IMG/VR virus record: IMGVR_UViG_3300035164_000339
Coordinates: 1-50,650 of that record
Direction: 5' to 3' (one strand)
From: a virus
Taxonomy: Duplodnaviria > Caudoviricetes
Length of the DNA: 50,650 nt
Every line of letters begins with the position of its first letter. The first letter of the stretch is position 1. Positions 43,641-50,650 of the stretch are shown in pieces. The notes beneath the pieces are model-generated. The model did no database searches. It was not told the origin of the DNA and saw only the letters and a program-made list of their open reading frames with translations. Made by a program: the position numbers and the translations under genes.

Positions 43641-44087
43641 ATGGAATTTAATTTCAACGATGGCGGTAGAGCCAAAGCTGGTTACAAAGGACTCACAGGA
43701 GACTGTGTAGCCAGAGCGATAGCAATTGCAGCAGAGCTACCTTACAAAGAAGTCTATGATCGACTTGCAGAAGGTAACGCTACTCAAAGAATTACTAAGC
43801 GCATGAAGAAATCAAGGCGTGGTGTTAGAACTGCTAGAAACGGAATTAATACTAAACGCAAATGGTTTCAAGACTATATGCAAAGTTTAGGATTTAAATC
43901 TGTTGCTACGATGGGTATTGGAACTGGTTGCAAAGTCCATCTAAAAGCAGATGAGTTACCTAAAGGTAGAATTATCTGTAATCTAAGCAGACATTATTGC
44001 GCTGTTATAGATGGCGTTATAAACGACACCTATGATCCTAGTAGAGGAGAAACAAGATGCGTTTATAGTTACTGGATAAAACAGTAA
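43641..44087 (+). CDS. Conserved phage protein, putative Cys-His-Asp (papain-like) hydrolase
   Basis: GDCVARAIAIA ... HYCAVIDG..NDTYD. Confidence 0.6.
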   Translation: MEFNFNDGGRAKAGYKGLTGDCVARAIAIAAELPYKEVYDRLAEGNATQRITKRMKKSRRGVRTARNGINTKRKWFQDYMQSLGFKSVATMGIGTGCKVHLKADELPKGRIICNLSRHYCAVIDGVINDTYDPSRGETRCVYSYWIKQ

Positions 44088-44093
44088 TGTTAC

Positions 44094-44120
44094 AGCCCCC
44101 CATGCAGGGGGCTTTTTTTT
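44094..44120 (+). terminator. Intrinsic terminator
   Basis: AGCCCCC-N6-GGGGGCT + T run. Confidence 0.85.
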
Positions 44121-44136
44121 GTGTTAGTGTATCGGC

Positions 44137-44226
44137 GTGTGTGAGAACTTGTGAGTGACTAGTGGAAACTAGGCAACACTAGATATTCGCAAGAACTAGA
44201 CCTCTAGCAATAGGGGTCTTTTTTTT
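44137..44226 (+). ncRNA. Yfr2 (Cyano-1)-like small RNA
   Basis: 5' GTGTGTGAG; long G-U-containing stem with apical GGAAACT-A-GGCAACA; own terminator hairpin with GCAA loop + T run; extended -10 TGnTAGTGT; about 90 nt. Confidence 0.65.
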
Positions 44227-44455
44227 ATCTTCTTGGTTTTATTTCTACAACTGCTAGTTCTACTTCTTTGAGGCGATGAAACACTTCTTTCATATCGTCA
44301 TGCATATCATCAATTTTCGTACTAAGCAATTCGATCGCTGTGGTGTTTCGCACAAGATCATCACGCGATTGTCTACCGCGATAAGATATAGAACCAACCG
44401 ATACAAAACAAGCTGTTAACAATGCACCACCAGTAGCTGCTATTACTTCAATCAC
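44225..44455 (-). CDS. Small membrane-anchored coiled-coil protein (holin/hemolysin-like candidate)
   Basis: N-terminal hydrophobic segment, then LSTKIDDMHDDMKEVFHRL; GTG start. Confidence 0.55.
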   Translation of the reverse strand: MIEVIAATGGALLTACFVSVGSISYRGRQSRDDLVRNTTAIELLSTKIDDMHDDMKEVFHRLKEVELAVVEIKPRR

Positions 44456-44497
44456 TTTACGAGTCCTTGATCTATGCCTATTATACAGAAAAACCCT

Positions 44498-44857
44498 ATG
44501 GCAGAACAGAAAAAGAAAAATCCTTTCCAAAAGTTAAAAGAAGGATTAGATGATAAAGAAGAACAACTAGCAATTATTAGTCTCTTTGTCCGACTTGGCG
44601 TTGTCGTTTGGAGCGGTTTTATCGTTACATTAAACTACATAACCATACCCGGCTATAGCTCTGATCCTAAAGATATAACTTTCCCGGCCAGTTTATTAAC
44701 AGGTGCGCTTGCTACTTTTGGCCTTGAAGGATCTAAAAAACGTAGTGAGAAAGACACTCAAGTTGCAGAAAACGCTGGTATGGTTCAGACTATAAGGGTA
44801 GAAACACCTATCAAAATAGAAGGTGCTGAAGTAATCGACCCTAAATCAAAAAAATGA
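44498..44857 (+). CDS. Two-TM membrane protein
   Basis: VRLGVVVWSGFIVTLNY ... DITFPASLLTGALATFG. Confidence 0.7.
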   Translation: MAEQKKKNPFQKLKEGLDDKEEQLAIISLFVRLGVVVWSGFIVTLNYITIPGYSSDPKDITFPASLLTGALATFGLEGSKKRSEKDTQVAENAGMVQTIRVETPIKIEGAEVIDPKSKK

Positions 44858-45360
44858 AAAAGCTTCTTCCGTTTATCTTTGCACTAACGGCAGCAACTCC
44901 AAGCTACGCAGATCTTTCGCATAGCATCACGGCCTCTACAAAACTTACTGTCGGAGGCGCAAGTACGACTTCTTCGAGACTAGGTAACAGCTATAGCATT
45001 AGCGGTTCTGGGGTAGATACAAGTTACACTACCGCAGCAGGGCAATCAGTTAGTGATGGATTAGGATCATTAAATGTTTCAAGCGGTGTAGCATCTGCTC
45101 CAGCTATTACAGTTACCCAGAAAACAGCCGGGAACAGCTTCACATTTAGTCAGTCATATAATCAAGGTGATGCAATACCGGGTAGTGCTGTTACAACTGG
45201 TACTAATCCAAATTTTTCTGACAATGTTTCAAGTATTGCTGGCGGTACAGCTGGAGATCTTGCCGGAACAGTTACATCAGCCGGTGCGGTTACACTAACA
45301 GCCGGAGGACACAATACTGAGGCGCTTGGTCAAATAACCTCTACATTAGTAGTTGATTAG
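44854..45360 (+). CDS. Exported S/T/G-rich beta protein
   Basis: Signal peptide MKKLLPFIFALTAATPSYA. Confidence 0.7.
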   Translation: MKKLLPFIFALTAATPSYADLSHSITASTKLTVGGASTTSSRLGNSYSISGSGVDTSYTTAAGQSVSDGLGSLNVSSGVASAPAITVTQKTAGNSFTFSQSYNQGDAIPGSAVTTGTNPNFSDNVSSIAGGTAGDLAGTVTSAGAVTLTAGGHNTEALGQITSTLVVD

Positions 45361-45368
45361 GTGAGGTT

Positions 45369-45797
45369 ATGTATAGGTATGCGATTCTGCTAAGTCTTCT
45401 TAGCGCACCTGTATATGCTAATAGTGTAATTCCTAATTTTAATCAAGGTGTGCTTACTCAAAGGTCGGAAACTAAGAGTACTGTCGTTGAGGATATAAAA
45501 AGTTTTGACATAAACAATGGGTATCAACTAACAGTAGGTGGCGAGAACGTAAAAAGTTCAACAGGTAATGTAGCTCCAGAAGGTTGGACAAAATTAAATA
45601 CAACAATACAAGGAACAGGAACTACTTATGTTTCCCCTAATCTAGATAACAAGCCTACGTTTTCTATTGTTAATGAAGGTGAGAGCTTTCAATACTACGA
45701 AAGTCTTGAAGCGCCAGGTATTACCAATTACACCCATATAATTAGGACTACCCAGATAGAAAATGTAACTGACACGACCAGTACGTTTAGCCAATGA
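45369..45797 (+). CDS. Exported protein
   Basis: Signal peptide ..APVYA; VIPNFNQG; ends TSTFSQ. Confidence 0.7.
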   Translation: MYRYAILLSLLSAPVYANSVIPNFNQGVLTQRSETKSTVVEDIKSFDINNGYQLTVGGENVKSSTGNVAPEGWTKLNTTIQGTGTTYVSPNLDNKPTFSIVNEGESFQYYESLEAPGITNYTHIIRTTQIENVTDTTSTFSQ

Positions 45798-46447
45798 GGA
45801 GATATCTATGTTTAGTTCTTTTACTTAATAATCCTGTTTTTGCAAATTCTGTAAATACGACTAGCAATTCGTCCGGAAGCGTTGTCAACCAGGCCGTCCA
45901 AGTGGTTCCTTCTAGGAATTTTAATTACCAGATGAATACTATTCAATGTCAAGGAGCTACCCTTAATATCTCACCATTTGTCTCTACAACGTATGGATTT
46001 GCAACTCCATATGAAACGCATTTTGATAGACCAGTATATTCAAGGCGTGATACTGAAGGAGATTTTGATGATGAAAATCAACCTATTGGAGATGGAGATG
46101 TTGATGCTGGTTATAGAGGCGAAATACTATATTTTGAACAAGTAAGAACAGGACAAAAACAAGCTAACGTATCTATTAATGGAGGAATAACGGCTACTTT
46201 TAGTATCCCATTAGATCGAGAACCTATAAGACAATGCCGCAAAGCAATGAAAAAACAAAACGAGTTATATGAGGCATCATTAGCAGCAAAGCGTCTTAAC
46301 TTTGAAATGAGCCGTGCAAAAACTTGCGTAGATAACTACAAGAATGGAATAAGGTTTAAAGAAGGTACACCTATGGCAAAATTATGCGAAGATGTAGAAA
46401 TGCTGGAATTTGAATCACATACGCATAAAATTGAGAAAAAGCCATAA
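45794..46447 (+). CDS. Exported protein, possible outer-membrane channel-like subunit
   Basis: Signal peptide; CQGATL..SPF, GITATFSIPLD then helical coiled coil; paired Cys. Confidence 0.65.
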   Translation: MRRYLCLVLLLNNPVFANSVNTTSNSSGSVVNQAVQVVPSRNFNYQMNTIQCQGATLNISPFVSTTYGFATPYETHFDRPVYSRRDTEGDFDDENQPIGDGDVDAGYRGEILYFEQVRTGQKQANVSINGGITATFSIPLDREPIRQCRKAMKKQNELYEASLAAKRLNFEMSRAKTCVDNYKNGIRFKEGTPMAKLCEDVEMLEFESHTHKIEKKP

Positions 46448-46500
46448 AAATGCCCCTTCAGAATCGGCTGTAAGGGGCTTGTAAAAAAGTCTGCTTATGT

Positions 46501-47193
46501 TTATACCTTGTTAATTTTGCTTTTCATAGGTTTTTTGCCAGAAAACTTTGTACCCTTTTTACCTATAGCTTTTTTGACTTTACCTATAACTTGCTTGAAT
46601 ACAGGTTTAAGTATTCTGTTAAGTATTGGCGTTAATGTTGCAGCCGTAGTTGCTACTACTGTTATTGCAAATGTTGTCGATACTGTATTAATGCTTGGAA
46701 GATATTTTTCAACTATTGTTGTAGGTTCATACTGCACTACGCATTCTTTTGTTTCTTCTACCCATTGAAATCCAACAACTTTTTCAGTACCTTTCGCGTT
46801 TAAATCTCCTATTCTTGGATTGTTTTTTTTTGGATCTGGACATGGCGGTTTTTCTGGAGGTACATTAGGAACTTCTGGTTGTTCTACGTCACTTTCTGGA
46901 GGCTCTACATTAGTTGGAGGTTTTTGTTCTTCTACAAGTAAAATCTTTTTTTTATCGTATTGCAAAGGCACATAAGATGGTAAAGGACATATTAATTTAT
47001 TACCGCTCGGATCATCTACAAATAACTGACTATTTTTTGTGCCATCATCTCTAAGTGTTACACAAGGCATTGTAAGTGCTGGAGGTAACGTCCTAGTTAC
47101 ATGGATTGTATTTGGTAATGATTGCTCTACAGGTATTTCTATTATTGGTATACGCGGTATTGCTGTATTAGGTATTTGATTAATCGTAGGCAT
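46501..47193 (-). CDS. Pro-rich protein with a C-terminal TM anchor
   Basis: Pro-rich linker, Cys pairs, hydrophobic TTFAITVVATTAATL, basic tail. Confidence 0.7.
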   Translation of the reverse strand: MPTINQIPNTAIPRIPIIEIPVEQSLPNTIHVTRTLPPALTMPCVTLRDDGTKNSQLFVDDPSGNKLICPLPSYVPLQYDKKKILLVEEQKPPTNVEPPESDVEQPEVPNVPPEKPPCPDPKKNNPRIGDLNAKGTEKVVGFQWVEETKECVVQYEPTTIVEKYLPSINTVSTTFAITVVATTAATLTPILNRILKPVFKQVIGKVKKAIGKKGTKFSGKKPMKSKINKV

Positions 47194-47347
47194 TTCTTGG
47201 TAAATATACTTCTACAAAAGAATGACATTTAGGACAAGAAAGATTAGTTATCATGCTATATTCACCAGACCTTTGTGGATAATCCTCACCATCTAAACTG
47301 TGATCGCCACCCCAAATAAGTTGAGTTTTGCAATGCCAACAATTCAC
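47180..47347 (-). CDS. Small zinc-ribbon protein (55 aa)
   Basis: Read by hand: GTG start, NCWHCKTQLIWGGD...NLSCPKC. Confidence 0.65.
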   Translation of the reverse strand: MNCWHCKTQLIWGGDHSLDGEDYPQRSGEYSMITNLSCPKCHSFVEVYLPRNAYD

Positions 47348-47577
47348 TATAGTCTAGGTTGTTGTGGCAATGCCATTGATGGGCCTGTCATCTTTGGAAG
47401 ATTATCATCCAGAACTTTAGGCATCATACCGCTAACACCCCCAAGAACTTTATCCATCATTTGTTTTTGAAATTTCTCTCCAGTTACATACTTGTAACCA
47501 AAAAACGCCGAGATTAAAGTGCTGACTATGAGTACAAATGAGGCTATACTCAAAATATTAGAAATTTTTTGGAACAT
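47347..47577 (-). CDS. Small single-TM protein
   Basis: MFQKISNILSIASFVLIVSTLISAFFGYKY. Confidence 0.65.
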   Translation of the reverse strand: MFQKISNILSIASFVLIVSTLISAFFGYKYVTGEKFQKQMMDKVLGGVSGMMPKVLDDNLPKMTGPSMALPQQPRL

Positions 47578-47609
47578 GATTAAAGAAGCGTTAATAAAGG
47601 CTTTAGCAC

Positions 47610-47843
47610 CTATTTCTCTGATGGTGCTTTTTCTGATTCTTGGGTTAGCTCCACTGTACCTGTTGGCTGGTTTAATGACTCGTTCTTTTTCAACAACAAC
47701 TCCCCAAACTGAATACCGCCCTGTAAAACGTTAATATTAACTTCTGATTCATCGTAAACTTTTTTTGCATGATCTCTTGTTTTAACTTGTTTATCAAGTT
47801 CTTCTTTCCATTCAAGGATTTGTTTTTCAGTAATAGCTTCCAT
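47610..47843 (-). CDS. Small coiled-coil protein
   Basis: LQGGIQ motif, downstream of the fibre genes. Confidence 0.6.
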   Translation of the reverse strand: MEAITEKQILEWKEELDKQVKTRDHAKKVYDESEVNINVLQGGIQFGELLLKKNESLNQPTGTVELTQESEKAPSEK

Positions 47844-47869
47844 AAGATTATTGTTTTATTAATTATATA

Positions 47870-48214
47870 TTAGCTATCGGCAAAGACAACAGCACAAAAA
47901 ATTACAGGGTCATAAGCTGCCTGTGCCATAACATTACTATTAATTATTCTAAAACCACTTGAAGTATATCCACTTGAACCTGTCATTCTAATCATTTCTC
48001 TTGCTGCACCTGATGTTTGGTGGTTAGTTGAAGATTTGAAAGCTAAAGCAACCGCATAATTACTATCTGACATATTGGTTGAGAAGTTACAGGTATAGTC
48101 TCCAGATCCATGATCTGTAATACTACTGATGTTGTAACTATCACGAATACTAACTGTTCCCTGTCCGTTGAAGTTTACCCAACCACTACAAGCATTTTCT
48201 CCAAAATAAGCCAT
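47870..48214 (-). CDS. Stand-alone fibre-tip domain protein
   Basis: WVNFNG.GTVSIRD.YN..SITDH, paralogous to the C-terminus of 2996..4081. Confidence 0.75.
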   Translation of the reverse strand: MAYFGENACSGWVNFNGQGTVSIRDSYNISSITDHGSGDYTCNFSTNMSDSNYAVALAFKSSTNHQTSGAAREMIRMTGSSGYTSSGFRIINSNVMAQAAYDPVIFCAVVFADS

Positions 48215-50650
48215 TATGATACCTCCGTTAAATTAAATTTATATTTTTTGCCATTTCGTCTGTTAATCAAGAAAAGCGATTCCGCACCTTCTTGAATTGT
48301 ATAACTTCCCCAAGTTCCATCAACATCATTTGATCCACCTTCGTTAGATAAGTTAAGGTCATTAGTGTAAATGTTTCTTATTCTGTTAGATGATCCACCT
48401 AAATCAAGAGAGTTATTTGGCCCTGGTATAAAATGTCCACTAGAGGTTATAAACCAATTATCAGTTCCGTTACTACGTCTAAATATGATTCCATTACTAC
48501 CACCCTGTATATACATATAATTATTATGACCTTGTATTTTTGTTGCTTCTCCTGTCCAACTGCCGTGTGAAAACCTAATATCACTACCACCATTAATAGT
48601 TGCAGCACCAGCACCGCCAGAAAATCCAACATCTCCTGAGAATGTACCACCTGTTGATGCTACTCCAGCAGTTGCACCATCAGCTACGTTTAAAAATGAT
48701 CTAACAGCAGCAGCATCACCATGTCTAATATAGTTATCGTTACCTGTTTCTACCATTATTTTCGTAACACCAGAACTTACATCATTAGCTGTTGTATTAA
48801 AATAATTAGCAAAAATATAACCAGAAGAATGTCTTTGAACAATAGTGCTATTGGAAGCACTTACACTTGCATTAGCACCATCTAATGTGTCTGCATCAAG
48901 CCCACTTCCAGATCCATCAACCGTTTTAATTAATGTAAGAATCTCACTAGCAGATTGGTCGGCAGTCGCACCAGATTCTATACCATCAAGTTTTGAACCA
49001 TCAGAAGCTACATCTCTGCCATCTACTGTTCCTGATACAGCAATATTGCCTTCAAAAGTTGCATTATCGACAAATTCAATAGAAGTATTCCGCACTCTAA
49101 CCATAGTTCCGCTATCACTTCCTCTAAGATCAATTCCATCACTACCGCCTTGTATATATAATCTATTACCATGATGTTGTATTTTACAGCTTTCACCTGT
49201 CCAGCTTCCACTTGTAAATCTAATATCACTATTAGCTCCAATAGTAGCTGCACCAGCACCGCCAGAAAATGTGATGTCTCCACTTGCTGTATCTGCTGCA
49301 TCTGACCTTAAGAAACTAGAACCTTGAACACCGTCTAAAGTATCAGCATCAAGCCCATTACCAGAACCTTCATCTGCGGTGGTTAAAACTCTAGATAAAG
49401 AACTAAGTGAAGTTGCACCAGCATATATATCACCAAGAACATTGAAAGTGAGAGTTCCTGACTCAGTATTAGATGCAGATTTTTTAACTACCAATCCCAA
49501 CCCAGCAGTTGGTAATTCACTATCAAAAATATTACATTCTAAGGTAGCACCTTGATTGTTAGCAGTATCAAAATCAATACCGGGGTAGTTTGGACTAGAC
49601 GTATCAGTACTCAATAATTTTAGTTTTGCATCAGCTTTTGAAATTGTTAAATCTCCAGTTGAAGTAATAGCTCCAGCACCATCAATTTTAAATACTTCAG
49701 CCTCGCTAGATTGATTATTTCTAAAAACACTAAATATAGAAGTACCTGCTCCAGTACCTCCAGAAGTTAATTTAAGGCAGTTTCCACCAGTAGTTCCGTT
49801 ATTAGTTATTACGGTAGTTGTTGCATTATCAGTACTTCTAGTAAGAGTCGTAGCTCCTGTTACGTCAATACCAGAACCGAAGTCTACATTTCCAGAAAAA
49901 TTACCAGTAACGGAAAAGAAATTAGCAAAACGCTTACTTGATGTTCCTAATCCATAAGTGTTATTAGCGTCAGGTGACAAACGACCTATTATAGTTGCTC
50001 CATCACTTGTAGTCTTAAACTTTTCGTTACCTTGGTAGAACAAGGCAGTTTTTCCGTTGTTATTAAGCTGAATACCAACTCTAGCTGAATCAGCTTTTAT
50101 AATTAAAGCACCTGTATCATTAACGATATACGAGTCCGATCCATCATGGTAAAGGGATAAATCCCCATCTGCTCCGAGTCTTATTCTGTCATCATTTGCA
50201 CCAGAACTATCTCCAAGTAATAGTCTTCCAGATATAGTCACTCCGTTTGAATCTGTGTGAAGCTTTTTAGAATTATCATAAAATAGCTCAACGCCTTGAT
50301 TTGCTTTTACGCTAAGTCCCTGTTGATCTCTTCTAGGGTTTAGTTCAATAACAGGTGTTCCACCTTCACTATTAACACCTTGTATTTTTATATTAGTATT
50401 AGCAACGGTATTTTGAATGATATTTTGTCCTGAGTCGTGAAGAATTTGTAAGTCATCATCATTACCACATTGTAAAAATTCGCCATCTCCAACAGCAACT
50501 CGATCAGCCACCAAATGACCTGTTACCTGACAGCCACTTGTGTTTGTCTCAAATTTCTTAGAATTGTTAAAATATAGCTCTACGTCTGAATCTTGAAAAA
50601 ATCTTGCTGCATATTCGCTTCTCGCTGCGTTCATAATGTCAACTCGATTA
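48214..50650 (-). CDS. 3' part of the long tail fibre gene (starts at 590 across the junction)
   Basis: G..DDLQ..HD and VELYF/Y.N.KK repeats, GLDADTLDG x2, C-terminal DGTWGSYTIQEG..LFLIN...GKKYKFNL. Confidence 0.88.
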   Translation of the reverse strand, partial: NRVDIMNAARSEYAARFFQDSDVELYFNNSKKFETNTSGCQVTGHLVADRVAVGDGEFLQCGNDDDLQILHDSGQNIIQNTVANTNIKIQGVNSEGGTPVIELNPRRDQQGLSVKANQGVELFYDNSKKLHTDSNGVTISGRLLLGDSSGANDDRIRLGADGDLSLYHDGSDSYIVNDTGALIIKADSARVGIQLNNNGKTALFYQGNEKFKTTSDGATIIGRLSPDANNTYGLGTSSKRFANFFSVTGNFSGNVDFGSGIDVTGATTLTRSTDNATTTVITNNGTTGGNCLKLTSGGTGAGTSIFSVFRNNQSSEAEVFKIDGAGAITSTGDLTISKADAKLKLLSTDTSSPNYPGIDFDTANNQGATLECNIFDSELPTAGLGLVVKKSASNTESGTLTFNVLGDIYAGATSLSSLSRVLTTADEGSGNGLDADTLDGVQGSSFLRSDAADTASGDITFSGGAGAATIGANSDIRFTSGSWTGESCKIQHHGNRLYIQGGSDGIDLRGSDSGTMVRVRNTSIEFVDNATFEGNIAVSGTVDGRDVASDGSKLDGIESGATADQSASEILTLIKTVDGSGSGLDADTLDGANASVSASNSTIVQRHSSGYIFANYFNTTANDVSSGVTKIMVETGNDNYIRHGDAAAVRSFLNVADGATAGVASTGGTFSGDVGFSGGAGAATINGGSDIRFSHGSWTGEATKIQGHNNYMYIQGGSNGIIFRRSNGTDNWFITSSGHFIPGPNNSLDLGGSSNRIRNIYTNDLNLSNEGGSNDVDGTWGSYTIQEGAESLFLINRRNGKKYKFNLTEVS
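50513..50650. repeat. Terminal overlap, copy 2
   Basis: 137/138 identical to 1-138. Confidence 0.95.

Noticed and set aside
47519-47734. Plus-strand 71-aa hydrophobic ORF
   Set aside because: Overlaps two plausible minus-strand genes; cannot be excluded but is unsupported
1-50650. tRNA, rRNA, IS elements, photosynthesis genes (psbA, hli)
   Set aside because: No cloverleaf, transposase or recognisable motif seen by eye

Overview
A complete, circularly permuted ~50.5-kb AT-rich siphovirus genome: bases 1-138 repeat 50513-50650, and the large tail-fibre gene crosses the junction. The host is probably a marine picocyanobacterium such as Prochlorococcus (inferred from a Yfr2-like sRNA, cyanophage-type fibre repeats and small proteins). 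The minus strand carries a lambda-like morphogenesis operon (23076 down to 1, continuing 50512 to 47600): TerS, HNH, GpA-type TerL, gpW, portal, a multi-domain protease-capsid polyprotein, neck, tail tube, a -1 frameshifting chaperone, tape measure, M/L/K/I/J tail tip and fibres. A replication/recombination module (primase-VirE helicase, VRR-NUC, SF2 helicase, RecE/RecT-like, SSB) lies at 31.9-40.1 kb and a block of membrane/exported proteins at 44.2-47.6 kb. No integrase, repressor, endolysin or tRNA was recognised. The most striking feature is a ~4-kb cassette (about 23265-27250) starting exactly at the predicted cos end. It is written in alternating pure-G/C and pure-A/T blocks and encodes small early genes (Gp88-like Cys protein, DxxTDYF protein, P-loop kinase). 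It is closed off by a perfect Fur-box-like palindrome, a cluster of strand-polarised GCAAGAAC repeats and a Mom-like DNA-modification gene. I interpret this as a candidate first-ejected 'stealth leader' coupled to genome modification. All family calls come from remembered motifs, and all counts are by hand; no database search was run.
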